Below, piece by piece: positions 13,091 through 27,329 of a stretch of 64,000 nt of DNA; positions within the stretch are counted from its first letter, which is position 1; every line of letters begins with the position of its first letter. The position numbers were made by a program, and so were the translations under genes. Source of the stretch: the human T2T-CHM13v2.0 reference genome, Homo sapiens; NCBI RefSeq assembly GCF_009914755.1, contig NC_060947.1; one strand, written 5' to 3'. The notes beneath the pieces are model-generated. The model was not told where the DNA came from, searched no databases, and saw nothing but the letters and a program-made list of their open reading frames with translations.

Positions 13091-13400
<310 letters not shown>

Positions 13401-13507
13401 TATGTTTTATCGGAACACAGCCATGCACGTTTCTTTACCTAATGTATATGTCTGCTATGACATACATCAACAGAGTTGAGTAGTTTGTAATGTAAACTAT
13501 GTAGCCC

Positions 13508-13938
13508 ATGCGATGGTTAATTTTATGTGTCAACTTGGCCAGGCCTCAGTACCCATTCAGTTAAATATTATTCTAAATGTTTCTATGAAGATTTTTTTTA
13601 GATGGGACTAACATTTAAATCAGTAGACTTTAAGTAAAGCAGATTTTCCTCCATAGAGTGGGTGGGCCTCCTCCAATCAGTTTAGCATCTTAAGGGAAAA
13701 AGACTGCCCTCCCAGAGAAAGAAGGAATTCTTCCAGCAAGATACCCTTTAGACTTGAACTGCAACTCTTCCCTGGGTCTCCAGTGTGCTGGAATACCCTG
13801 CGAATTCTGAGCTTGCCAGCCTCCACAGTCACGTCAGCCAATTACTTAAACTAAATCAATCAATCTCCACATCTATATCTATATCTGTATCTATATATCT
13901 TGTTGGTTCTATTCATCTGAAGAACCCTGGTTAATATA
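13508..13938 (+). mobile_element. MLT2-type (ERVL) LTR inserted in a MER58-like hAT element (~13405-14000)
   Basis: gatggttaattttatgtgtcaacttggc...ttggttctattcatctgaagaaccctg; MER58-like halves on either side. Confidence 0.8.
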
Positions 13939-14130
13939 ACCCACAAAACTTAAAATATTTATTATTTGGCCTTTTACAGATAAAGTTTTCTGATCTCTGG
14001 CTAAGAGCTGGAATCTGAATCCAGACAATTTGAATTTACAGCTTAAGTTCTCAGCCACTACCCTACACTGCCTCATGGAACATCCAACTAGTGGAATACT
14101 CTGTGGCCATTAAAAGTTATGATACTAAAC

Positions 14131-16978
14131 TAATGTGGTTTGAATATATCTGCCAAATTTCATGTGTTGGCAACTTAATTCCCAATGTGGTAGTATTGAA
14201 AAGTGGGGCCTCTAAGAGTTAATTGGATCATGAGGTCTCTGCCTCATAAATAGATCAATTTATTCTTGGACTAATGGGTTATTATGGGAGTGGAACTGGT
14301 CATTTTATAAGAGGAAGAGAGACCTGAACTAGCACATTAGCGTGCTCAGCCTCCTTGCCGTGTGATGCTCTGCACCACCTTAGGTCTCTGTAGAGAGTCC
14401 CCACCAGCAAGAAGTCTCTCACCAGACATAGTCTTTTGACCTGGGACTTCTCAGCTTCTATAACTGTAAGAAATAGCTTTTTCTTTATAAATTACCTAGT
14501 TTCAGATATCTGTTACAAGCAAAATAAAATGGATTAAGACAGGAAATTGGTACAGAGAGTAGGGTGTGGCTATAAAGATACCTGAAAATGTGGAAGTGGC
14601 CTTGGAACTGGGCAATGGGCAGAGATTGGAAGAGTTTGGAGGAGCAGGCCATAAAAATATTGTATCGTCATGAATGGCACATTGGGGGTTTATATTAGTC
14701 CGTTTTCACATTGCTGTAATTTATAAAGGAAAGAGGTTTAATTGACTCACGATTCCGCGTGGCTGGGGAGACCTCAGGAAACTTAACAATCATGGCAGAG
14801 TGTGAGAAGCAAGCACCTTCTTCGCAGGGTGGTAGAAGAGACAGAGAGCAAGAGGGGAACTGCCAAACACTTTTGAACCATCAGATCTTGGGAGAACTCA
14901 CTCACTATCATGAGAATAGCATGGGGGAAACTGCCCCCATAATCCCATCACTTCCCACCAGGTCCTTCCCTGGACACATGGGGATTACAATTTGAGATGA
15001 GATTTGCATGGGGACACAGCCAAATCATATCAAGGTGATTCTGGTGAGGGCTCAGAAAAAGATAAAAACACGAGGGAAAGTTTACTACTTTTTAGAGATT
15101 GGCTAAGTGGTTGTGACCAAAATGCTGATAAAAATATGGACAGTAAAGGCCATTCTGATGATGAGGTCTCAGATGGAAATAAGGAGGAACTCACTGGAAC
15201 CTGGAGCAAAGTGCGCACACATTGTACCATAGCAAAGAACTAGGATGTGTTGGCTAGGGCTCTTTGGAAGGTTGAACTTAAAAATGATGACCTAGGGTAT
15301 CTGGTGGAAGAAATTTCTAAGCAGCAAAGGACTCAAAAAGTGGTGTGGTTACTTTTAACAGCTTACACTCAGTCGTGGCAACAGAAGAATGACCTAAAGG
15401 TGGAATTTATAATTAAAAGGGAAGCAAAGTGTATAAATTTGGAAATTTCAGAGCCTGGCCATGTGGTAGAGAATGAAAGAGCATTTTTAGGAGAGGAATC
15501 CAAAGGTGCAGCCCAGTGACTGCTTGCTAAAGAGATTAGCACATATAAAAGGAAACCAGGTGCTAATACTCAGAACAATGGAAAAAAGGGCCCTGAAGGC
15601 ATTTCAGTGGTCTTTAAGATTGCCTATCCCATTATGAGGCCTATGAGGACAGAGTGATTTTGTGGACAGGCCTGGGGTGCTGCCTCGGGATGCTGCTACT
15701 CGTATCCTGGCCTTTGCAGAGAGTGCAAGTGGTAAGCCTTGATGGCTTTCCCACAGGGTTAAGTCTGCAGGGATCTAGAATGCAAGGGCCATGGGGGCTT
15801 GGCAACTTCCACCTAGATTTCAAAGGATGTATCTGAAAGCCTAGATGTCCAAGCAAAAGCTTGCAACAGGGACAGAACCACCATCGAGAGTACCCATGGG
15901 GGCACCACCTGGTAGAGCTGAGAGAGTAGAGCTGATGTGGGGACCCCAGAATTATAGAGCCACTAGCAGTGTGCCACCTCAGCCTAGAAAAACTCTTGCA
16001 TTCGACTTCAACCTGAGAGAGCAGCCACATGGGCTGCATCCAGCAAAGCCATGGGGACAGCAGCGACATGGGCTGCATCCAGCAAAGCCATGGGGGCAGG
16101 GCTGCCCAAGGCCTTGGGATCCCAACTTTTGCTCCAGTGTGCCCAGGAAGCAGAACATTGACTAAAAGATTATTTTGGAGCTTTTATGATTTAATGTCTG
16201 CCCTGATGGGTTTCAGACTTAGGTGGGGCCTGTGCCTGTTACCCTTTCTTTTGACTAATTTCTCCCGTTTGGAATGGGAATGTTTACCCAGTGCTGGTAC
16301 CACCAAAAAAACCAAGTTATTTACTTATATGATAAATACCACTTCTATTTATCATATAAGTAAATAACTTTATTTTATAGGCTTATAGCTAGAAGGAACT
16401 TGAGTTTCAGATGAAATTTGGACTTTGGATTTTTAAATTGGTGCTGGAACAAATTAAGACTTTGGGACTATTTGGATGGAATGATTATATGTTGCATGTG
16501 AGAAGGACATGAGTTTTGGGGTACCAAGGGTGAAATGCTATGGTCTCAATATGGTTTGTTTGTCCCCACCAAAACTCAAGTTGAAATTTGATCCCCAATG
16601 TGACAGTGTTGGGAGGCGTGGCCTAGTGGGAGGTGTTTGGGTTATGGAGGTGGATCCCTCATGAACACCTTGCTGCTGTTGTCATGGTAATGAGTTATCA
16701 CTCTCATGAGGCTGAATTAGTTTTTGCAGGAACAGATCAGTTCCCTCAAGAGTGGGTCGTTATAAAGCCAGGACACTTTTAAGGGTATCCTCTTTGTACA
16801 TGTCCACTTCCTTTTTGACCTCAGCCATTTTGTGATGCAGCACAAAAGCCCTTGCTAGAAACCAGGGCCATTGCCTTTGAACTTCTAAGCCTGCAGAGCC
16901 ATGAGCTAAATAAATCTCTTTTCTTATAAATTACCCAGTCTCAAGTATTTTTATAGCAACACAGAATAGACTAGGACA
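14131..16978 (+). mobile_element. Near full-length MaLR (MST-type) element: 5' LTR ~14131-14541, internal region, 3' LTR ~16536-16978
   Basis: LTR ends ..gattaagaca / ..gactaggaca. Internal start ggaaattggtacagagagtagggtgtggctataaagatacctgaaaatgtggaag. Imperfect 5-bp TSD TAAAC/CAAAC. Confidence 0.85.
14691..15032 (-). mobile_element. MSTA/THE1-like solo LTR nested antisense in the MaLR internal region
   Basis: tattagtccgttttcaca...gagatgagatttgcatggggacacagccaaatcatatca. Confidence 0.85.
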
Positions 16979-19751
16979 CAAACGATATGTATTACTTTAG
17001 AAAAATGTTCAGAATGCATTGTTAAAGAAAGCAGGTTACACCTTCATTTCTGTTTTTATCACATTTCTCTTAGAAAAAGTATGCGTGGGGAAAGTTGTGG
17101 AAACATATACACTGAATATGTTAACAGCAGTTTTCTCCAGGCAGTGGATAATGGGTGATTTTTACTTTTCCTTTGTAAGTCCATGTATTTTCTGTATATT
17201 TCACAATGAGCATATAAATGGAAGGAGGAAAACAACAAAGAAATTTTTATTTTGAAAATAGAGAATGATTTGCTTTTTTTATACTGCCTGCATGTCAAAA
17301 TGTCCAGGTCAATGCAGCTCCATCAAAATGTCCTTGATGACAAAACAGTGGCAGCCATGTAGTAGTCACAGCCTTCTCCTTGTGTCCTGCTAGTTCACTT
17401 TTCATGCAGCAGGCAATCTGAGTGGTCTTTCAAAAGCACCCATCTGGTCTTGTTACTCATGTGCTTAAATTTTTAGTACGTTCCCATTTAAGGCCCAAAT
17501 TGTTATCAGCATGGCAGACAGCGCCTTCTAAGAACTGCTTCCCCCTTTCTTAGTCCACCAAGAACTAGGAGTTCTTCCCACTCTGTTGTAGCCACAATCT
17601 GTAGTTCCTGAAAGGGCCCCGGTACTTATTTCAGTCTGATTACAGTTCATTATTGCCACTGAGAGAAATAACTAGAAACTAGATCTAATCATCTAATCTT
17701 TCTTTTTTTTTTTTTAAGTGCCTATAATGGTGCCTACCACAGATTGGCAAAATATTTTCTGGATGAAAGATGAGTAAATGTATGGAGTGAAGAACCTCTG
17801 TTATGACTATTAATGAGTTTTCAGTGGCTAGAGAGGTGCCATTGAAGTCTTGGAGCTGTTACTCTATGAACATTGTTCTTCAGTTGCATTTTGAGTTGGG
17901 TTGACTAGAGAAGCTAATAATAATATATAACATAATTTGAATACAAAAGTGTATTTTAAGTTCTTTTTCTCTATGTCAAGACTGGCTAGACGTTTGCCAA
18001 TACATTTCCTTTACCTGAGCACCCAGAAAGACTATATTTCCTAGCCTTCCTTGCAGTTAGATTGGGAAATTGTGATTGAATTCTGGCTGATGAGAATTTG
18101 AACAGATATGATCTGTCCCTTCCACAAGTCTACCTTCTGTATATTCTCATTTCTGGTCCATGTGGCTGGACTGGAAGGCCTCCAAAATGGTGGATTTGTA
18201 AGAATGAAGAAGCCTGGCTTCTGGGCAGTGAAGTGGATGAGAAATAAACCTTTGTTGGGTTTAGTGACTGAGATTTTGGGGTCTACTTGTTATTGTAGCA
18301 AAATTTAACTTCTCCTAACTGCATCATCTTCCAAAGAAACTTTTGTAACTATACTTGGTTTTGAGTTGGGCAGGACTTATATGGTCACTTTAATTTGACA
18401 CTTCAGAATGCGTATTAGATATGCAGATAAGCATATTTCCTTATTCAGCTTCTTCATTTTGAATTTTCCAAACGATTTGAAACAGAAACATGGAGTAAGA
18501 TAATGACTATTCAGTAGAAAGCAAAAAATAGTACAGAACACAAATAACTCACAATTAGCATAACAATTCTTACTATAAATATGAATCTTTCATTTCTTCT
18601 CTATTTTTTCATAGTTTAGAAATCTGCTATGTTTAATAGAAAGTTCCAAATATGCTGCCTTTTTGATGAAGAAGGGTTGTACAAATCTGTCAAACACACA
18701 AATATGTGCTTAATTTATTGATTAATTTATGTAAGAATTAAATTCAACCAAAAAGTGACTAAGATCTACTACGTATGTTTTGTTGTACAGCAATGTTCTT
18801 TTTGGTTGGTATTCAGATAGGGATGTTGGTGGACTCAGGCTGCTTGTAGTAATGCATGTCTGTTAATAATCTTTGCTAAATGTGGCCAGAAATGTGGAAT
18901 TTTTTATTGGCAATTATAATCCTTGGGCTGCGTATAACTTTATTAGACATCTGGCTGCCAATTCTGTATAGTATCTTTTCATGACCATCGTACGCTGCAG
19001 GGAGCGTTAATTTACTCTGAAGACCAGATTAATTGGAAAGATCTTTTCCAAACAAAACACGTGAAAGAATATTAACGTAGTGCTTGCAAATGTAATTATT
19101 TGATTCAGTGTAGGGATTTTCTCTTTAAAATTTTGCCTGATTTCTCCATGTTTGATTAGGACACCTTCCTTGTGCTACTGCTTTAGCTTGCATGAGTCAT
19201 ATATCATGACCTATGGCAAATATTTCTCACCTGTCTCCTCTAGCAGACTGTGAGGTACAAAACAGGACACACAGATCCCCTTTTAACTTAATATCCTAAG
19301 TGCCTGGCCTGAAGTAGAAACTGAGTGAATGCTTAGTTAATGAATATTGACACTATTGTTTAAACTGTTGTGATTTTAGAATCAGAAAAAACCACTTAAA
19401 TACCTATTTTACAGTTACAATTTTTGATGACTTGTATCATCACACATATATGAACAGATCAGGTTTTGTATCACTACGTCAGTTTTAGAATCATGGTACC
19501 ATTTTAGGATGCCAAAAATTTTTCAGAGAAACATGGTAGGAGGCTAGGATATTGAGGAAAAACTTAAGGAAGAATCTGTCATCACTTTAAAGGCACAGGT
19601 TTTGACCTGTGTTTAAGCAAAATGCCAGAATGGGGCATCGGTGCTACCTGTTGTATAACATGGAGCAGAAGGTCCTATCATATGTTAAAAAGGCCAGGCT
19701 TAGACAAGCCATTCAGCCAAACAAGACAGCAAAAGACAAGCTAAAGGATTA

Positions 19752-20138
<387 letters not shown>

Positions 20139-20639
20139 TTACCTTGCCCACATTACTATTATATAGGACCAGACTTGAAGGGGAATCTGTCCTTCTATAA
20201 AAGCTTCCAGAGGAAGATGAATCCACTGCATTCAGAATTTAGCCAGGGTGGTTGTTATTGAATTCTTTCTTGTATAGCATCCCAAATTCTTCAAGCTATG
20301 CTTTAAACTCCTTTTCTTTGATTCTCTCTTCAGAAGAAGTGGGGAACAACTGGTCATCACCTTCAATGTAAGATGTTAAATCACCTCACAGTTTTATTTT
20401 TTTCCCCTTGTATATGAAATTTCAGTTCTCTTATTTATTTCTTTTAGGGTCTTATTTCTTAAACAGCCATATCTCTGACTCTCTGCTGGAATGTCCCTGA
20501 GCTGTCTTATTCATCCCAGAGTTCTGAACACCACCCGTAAAAAGAACATGACTAATGCCTAGGAAAGAAAAGTTAGAATATGAAATCCCCAAGTGTCACT
20601 TTTCCTGTGTACTTTATTGTCTCCTCCCTAGTTCAGCCA

Positions 20640-21830
20640 TTCACTCTGAAAACATCCTTTGGGCCAGGAGTCCTAGGTGCTCTGGACTATAATATAGTGA
20701 GCAAGCTGACCCAAATTCCTATCCTCCCTAACTTTACATTCTAGTTAGAGGAGACAGATGAAACACAAAATATACAAGTAAAGAATCATTGTATGCCAGC
20801 TGGTAATAAATGTGGTGTAGAATAATAGAGCTGGGACAGGGAAGGGTAGTGTTGGGAGTTGCAGTTCTAAATACTGGCTAGGAGAGGTCTGACTGAGAAG
20901 GTGTTTTGAGTAAAGACTTCAAGGAAATGAGGAAGCCAACGAAACAGGCAGCTAGGGTAGAGCATGCTGAGTGGAAAAAAACAGCAAGCATGAAGGCTTT
21001 GAGGTCAGAACTGGCTGGTGTGTTAGAGAAACAATAAAGCGTCAGGTACATGGATGGAGCAGAGTGAAGGAGAGGAAGGGTAGCAAGGAGGAAGACAGAG
21101 AGGTATGGGTCAGATCGTGTAGGAACCCCTCGAGCTCTAGAATAACTTTGGCTTTTATTTTGGGATGGGAAGCCATTGGTTGATTTTAAGCCAATGAGTG
21201 ACAAGACCTTATTATGCCTTAACATAATAAGGCTGCTGTGTTGAGGATAGACTGAAGGAAGGAAGGGTAGAAGTTGGGAGGCCAGCTAAATGCTATTGTG
21301 ATGATTTGGCAGCACAGTGATTATGATATCTCGGACCAGTGCAGTGAAAGTAGAGATGAGGACAAGTGGCCAGGTTCTAATCTGTTTTAAAGGGTAGGCC
21401 AGTTGAATTTGCTGATGCTATGGTTGTGGGTGCAAAAGAAAAGGAGTCAAGAGTATTTAAGGTTTTTGACCTGAGCAACTGGAAGGATAGGCTTGCCATG
21501 AACGGCTTGGGGAGAGAATATTTTAGATAGTGATGGGAGGTGGTGGCAGTGGGTTGATCAGGAGCTTGCTCTTAGATATGACAAGTTAGAGAAGACTATT
21601 AGACCTTTAAGTGGAGCTGTTGAGGAAGCTGCTGGATCTACAAGTCGGGAGTTCATGGGTGAAGTTCTGGTTAGAGATACAAATCGTGGAGTCATCATCA
21701 TGCAGAAGGTATTTGTAGCCCTGAGACCGAATGAGACTACCAAGGTGGCAAGTGTAAACATAAATGAAAAGAGGTCCAAGAACTGAGCCTTAGGGCATAC
21801 CAATGTTAACAGGTCGGGGATAGACTGTAA
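20640..21830 (-). mobile_element. Long L2 fragment, probably with a deletion or interruption
   Basis: Antisense L2 motifs (ttacattctagttagaggagacaga; aggtttttgacctgagcaactggaagga; ggagtcatcatcat; aagaggtccaagaactgagcct). Confidence 0.8.
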
Positions 21831-22008
21831 AAAATGTAAGCACATACGCATGAACATTACACATAAGCATTTTGGTGAAAGCAACCTTGAGTGAGTAAAC
21901 TTTGGAGAAGCAGGCTGTTTCGACTTAGGATGGAGGAAAGAAAGGATGCTGATGTGTGGAACGTGACTGTTGCCATGAAACCTTGAACAATAAGAATGCA
22001 GCAGTGAG

Positions 22009-22347
22009 CTGGCTGTGGTTCAGCTACTCAGGAGGCTGAGGCAGGAGAATGGGAGGATTCCTTGAACCCAGGAGTTTGAGTTCCGCCTGGGCAACATAGT
22101 GAGACTTCGTCTCTAAATTTCTTTTTTTAAAGCAGACCAACTTTTAGCAACAATGTATTGTATATTTAAAAGTAGCTAAGTGAGAACTTAAAATGTTCCC
22201 AACACATATCAATGATTAACTTAAGGTTGTGGACACACCAAATACCCTGACTTGATTATTACACATTCTATGCATATAACAAAATCTCACATGTAGCCCC
22301 ATAAAGATGTAAAATATTGTATATCATTTTTTTTTTATTTTAAAAAC
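22009..22347 (+). mobile_element. Alu monomer (FLAM/FAM-like) followed by an L1 3' terminus, both inside one 14-bp TSD
   Basis: AATGCAGCAGTGAG at 21995-22008 and 22348-22361. Monomer ~22009-22117; L1 3' end ~22145-22330 (aaataccctgacttgattattacacattctatgcat). Confidence 0.8.
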
Positions 22348-22496
22348 AATGCAGCAGTGAGTGAAGAAGGCTAGGCTCGCAGTTCCAAGCAGTTGGAAGG
22401 GGCAGTCTGGCTGTAGTAAGCAGCAGGATGGAGAAAGAGGTAGAATGACTTAGGTTACTCTTTTGTTTCACAACTCTCTCAGTGAAACAAACAGCA

Positions 22497-22960
22497 ATGT
22501 TTTAGACCGGACTCCCTGGAAGCAGCCTTTGAGATGGAGCACTCTCTGCAGAAGGTTTACTGGGGGCAGGGGTGCTCATAACAGAGACACCTGAAGAAAG
22601 TGAGAAGGCAGGAGGGGCAGAGGAGAAGCTGAACTGTGAAGTGATTACAACTAAGACCTTGGTGGATTCCAGGTGGTGCTCCAGAGCTGGGATGGCCCTT
22701 CAGAATTGTCCCAAATTGAGGCAAGGGGACTGGGTTTTTGTTTCTCTACATCAGCCAGTATTGGCCCAGGCGATTTCCCTGTGACAGGTGGTGTTACCTT
22801 GGGCAAGGCAGTTCTCTGTTCTGACAGTTCGGGGGGGGGGGGGGGTGTCCGGAGAGGGACACAGTTGTGAGCCATCAGCAGCTGATATTCCCAGAAGCGA
22901 GGGCATGGATGCACTGTCTCTGAAGACAAGAGGGGATGTGGCTGGGGTGTATCTACAAGC
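22497..22960 (-). mobile_element. Old ERVL-type LTR (LTR33/LTR16-like) containing a G15 run at 22831-22845
   Basis: Motif similarity to 7405-7850. Confidence 0.55.
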
Positions 22961-23249
22961 TCAAAACGCACCAAGAGTCCAGATGTTACATTTAAATGAA
23001 TGCAAATGAATGGGGATAGCTTCTTTCTCTACTGTCGAAAAATACTTTTATTTGCTGGCTTTTATCTCATGGTCAATGTTTTCAGCTAGCGTAGTATCAT
23101 TAAATTACTTTAGAGAAGTGACTGGAGGGCTGGACAAAATAGGAAAAGTATGCAAGAACTAATGCCATTAAAATATCTCTAAGAGCTGGAGCTTGCCAGT
23201 TAGGGAGAGTATGAAAAGAACACAGCCTGTATTCAGGCAGTAAAGAGAA

Positions 23250-23410
23250 TCAGCAATTTTCTACTGCTTCCCTAGGAGGCATTTGGGAATGTATTGAGGC
23301 AGGTTTGTCATCAAAATGACTGGGAGAACTACAAAGTGAGGGACAGTTGTGCATAATGAAGAATTGTCCCAACCCAAATACCAACAACATTTCTATTGAG
23401 AAACAGTGTG
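23250..23410 (+). mobile_element. hAT-Charlie MITE fragment (MER3/MER20-like)
   Basis: ggacag...aatgaagaattgtccca...ttgagaaac terminal motif. Confidence 0.5.
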
Positions 23411-24589
23411 TTTGAAAGACATTAGGTGTACCTACTAAGAAGGGCATTTTTGAGATTGAAAGGGTGCTATTGATAATGATGTCATGATGAAAGATGTAGC
23501 CATCAATGAAGCAGGCACACTAGGACTTAGGGGAGTCCTAGTATAGGAGCTTGCAGCTACCCACACAGGTATAAAGGGGGAAATTGAACCCAGGAACACA
23601 GGGTGTGAAATCAATCGTATCTGGAAAGTACAGGCTTGGAGTCCCCCAATTGTCGTACTGACTTTAAAAAGGAATTGAGTGCTTATCCTTCTGTGGCATC
23701 AAAAGAGTTACTCAGTCCAGTCACAAATTTTTGGCTGATAAAAATTGTCAACATGCCCAGGATGCTTAATTTTAGTATGGATAGGAATTGTTGAGCCAGT
23801 AACCTCAACTCTTGTTGTGATGATAAAAGTATTCTCTTCGTGCAGAGTTTCCCAAATGTTTTCACGTTGTGGCACACAGATACATTTATTATCAATTGAA
23901 GGGCATCCTTGATTAACTGCAGGAGGCTGAAGGCTACAGACCTCATGTGGCCACCCTCAAAACTATGAGATTCAAAGACTTTAACACACCTGGGTCACAT
24001 TTTAATATACACCTTATCAAATAAGTCTTGAAAGCCTAGGAAGTTTTAAAATGAAACAAAGAGATGGTGGAGTAAACCTAACCCTTGGTTTTAATACTTT
24101 TATGTTGAATTTAGGCATAATCTGTGTTCGTTTAAAGTGCTTAAGATGTTTGTGGCAATTTGACATATTAGCAAATTGGAGAGATGTCTTAGGTTCCAAT
24201 GTAAAATGTGTAATTTTACACATGTTATTATTTCAAAATGAATAAAAAAAGTTGGACTCAGCTCATACAGTATATGCTATTGGAATGTTTCAGAGGACTT
24301 GAGATTCACTATATTTATATGTTTGTCTCGATATATGTGAGTTAGGTATGGTGGAGGTGCTGTTGGTTGGCGTTGGTCTTCCCTGTGAGATATTAGATAG
24401 GCTTGAAAATAAAGCACATTAAGTGTATAAATACAGCTTAGAACGAAAAAATTCAGACTACTCAACGTGGCTAAGTCTGCTCACTAAAAGTGACTGTTCT
24501 TACTTCATACAAATTGTCTACATTTATATATCTAAAAATGAAATTTCTAAGTTGAACCTAAAGATTTATGAAAACTTAGGTTTTAAAAT

Positions 24590-25310
24590 GTATACCAAGT
24601 GGAGAAACCTGGCAGACACCACCTTTACCAAATGATCAGTGTTAACAGCACCAAGAATGGGAATATGCCTCCTGGTATCACATGCTGAGGACACATCATT
24701 GTTTGTGTAGTATTCCTGACAAAAATGCATACCCTGAATCTAAACCATGAGAACACATCAGACAAACCCAAATTGATGCACATCCTACAAAGTAACTGTC
24801 TTGTACTCTTAAAAATGTGAAGGTCTTTGAAGACAGAGAAAGGCAGAGACACTGTTCCGGATCAAAGGTGATTAAAGAGATATGACAACTAAATGTCATG
24901 AAATCATGAATTAGAGTCCAGACTAGGGAAATATATATAATGATGAAAGACATCATTGGCACAATTGACAATATTTGGTTGAATATGGACTGTGGAGTAG
25001 ATGATAGCTATATATAATTTTTTTATTTTGATAATTGTACTATGGTTATACAAGAGACTGTCCTAGATATTAGGAAATGTACATGATGTATTTAAATGTA
25101 AGGAGGCATGATGTCTACAACTTATTCTTAAAATGGTTCAGGAAAAACTATCATCTATTCATTGAGAGAACGATAAAGTAAATGAAGCAAAATGTAAACA
25201 ATTCATTAACCTGGGTAAAGGGTATATGTGGGTTCTTTCTTTGTACTGTTCTTGCAATTTTTCTTTTGTTTCAGTTTTTCTTGTTTGAATTATTTCAAAA
25301 TAAAGTTATG
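24590..25310 (+). mobile_element. Old L1 3'UTR (L1MC-like)
   Basis: ggagaaacctggcagacaccacctt...aacacatcagacaaacccaaattga...tcaaaataaagtt. Confidence 0.78.
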
Positions 25311-26729
25311 GAAGAGCTAAAATCCTGAATGTATATAAAATACACACATGTACATACACACATATGTACATATAACATTTAAACCTCAAGTTACTGTAGG
25401 TAACCTTTTCTGTACACAAAAGCTACTCTCAAACAAACATCCCCAAACTTTACACATTCACACAATATTGTTTATTATGGAATGTTGGGCATGCTGCCAC
25501 TCTTGTGTTGTCAGCTAAGTCCATGAGATCACAGTACACTGACGTGCAAGGGGCATTGAAGAACATATTTATAGTTCCTACTCCAATGGCTTTGCTACTG
25601 TGGGAAAGAATTTGATTTGTGTCCTTCCTACACTTAATTTGAAGGCAAAGTCTTTGCAAGTGCGCCAGTGCCTGCCTTTGTATTCATTCCACCATTAGAG
25701 CATTACAAATTCAGGGAAATCCCATCGCAGCTCTACAGAACACATCCATTAGTCTTGGTGCTTTCTCCCAAACAAACACACATTTTGCTTGCCGGTGCAT
25801 AATCTGTGCCAGCTCGATTCATTTTAATTTTTAACTGAATTAATTCTGTCTCTTCTAGTGTGTGCCAAGTATGGAATGGAAAACCAAATGCCCTCCTGAG
25901 AGTCATCCACACACAGTTGTCTTAGACGTGGTGAAGTATTGAAGATTCCTCAGTTACCTCCTTAAGTGTCACCAAAACAGCCAGTCTGGGTGTTTCAAAC
26001 AAAGGTAGGTTCGGGTAATGGTGGGAAGGATAAATGATTTGTTTATTTAAATAGGATGAAAATTTTTCTTGGTATGTGTGGATGTCAAGGGAAGTGTTTC
26101 AATGTGGTAGTCACTTAGGTCAGCATCATCACCCTACTTTCAAAAAATTAGCAAGTGATTGATTCACAGCAGAGATGCCACATCTACTAACAAACATCAT
26201 TTCTAATGAGATGGATCATCTCATCTCCTATTATTTCCAAAATCACTAGGATAGGCTGCACCTGGTGGACTTATGTTATTCCTTTGGCTCACCAGTATCT
26301 GAACACTGTTGGGGAACCCCGCCCACCCCATCCATGAACCTTGGGAATAGGTAAAGATAGATAGCCTCTCCCTAAGAAGTGCTGACATTGCTACCCACTT
26401 TCTCAGCTTCCTTTGCAGCTAGGGCAAGAAACAGAGCAGGGCAGGGGCAAAGGAGAGGTTCTCCCCATGGTGGTGGTTGACTATGGTAAGGGATTCTTCT
26501 TCCCCAGAACCAGTTGTGAGACATCATTTTAGGTGTCTCTTTCTTACTACTCACTCATGCATCCTCTTAGATGGTGACATTAAGAATAGAAGTGATATGA
26601 AATTCTCTTGAGAAGCAAAGTATGAACTGCAAACTGACTTAATTAATATACTTGTCATTATTAAAACAAAAAACACAACAAACAAACAAACACTATGACT
26701 ATCAATCAATCAATCACTGCACAAAATGT

Positions 26730-27305
26730 ATCATCTCCCAGTCTACAAATGCTTACCCCCTTTGATCCAGCAATCTCACTTCTAGGAAGTATCCCACAGA
26801 TTTGTTTGTTTATGCACAAATGAAATGATGTAATGAGAAATGTGCAATATTGTTTGTTATAGCAAAAGAAAGACTGACAACAGACTACATATCCCACCAA
26901 AGGGAACTGCTTAAATAAAATATCCTATGAACATATAATGAAATATTATACAGCTATAAAAAAGAATGAGAAAGCATTTTATATATTTAAATGAAAAGAT
27001 TTCTTGAGTCCATATTTAAATTTAAACAAACAAACAAGTAAGGTGCATAACTGGGTGCAGAGAATGCTATATCCTATGAAATAATAATAGGAAAAAAATA
27101 AATAGGAACATATATATTATTTTAACTGCTTATATAATAATTAATAAAGAAAGACCCTCTGGAAGACTAAATAAGAAATTAATAATGTCTACTCATAGAG
27201 CAATGAGGATGATTGATTGATATGGGGGAAGGGGTAGTTAGGAGTGTTTTCACTGTCTTTCTGGATTATAGTTTTTTACTCATATGCATGTATTACCTAT
27301 TTAAA
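26730..27305 (+). mobile_element. Old L1 3' region (L1ME-like) directly downstream of the DMD poly(A) site
   Basis: tttgatccagcaatctcacttctagga...tacagctataaaaaagaatgag. Confidence 0.65.
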
Positions 27306-27329
27306 AAGTAAGTAAGTAAGTAACAACAA

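Noticed and set aside
15247-16367. ORFs in the MaLR internal region
   Set aside because: Fragmented, degenerate retroelement sequence with no continuous frame.
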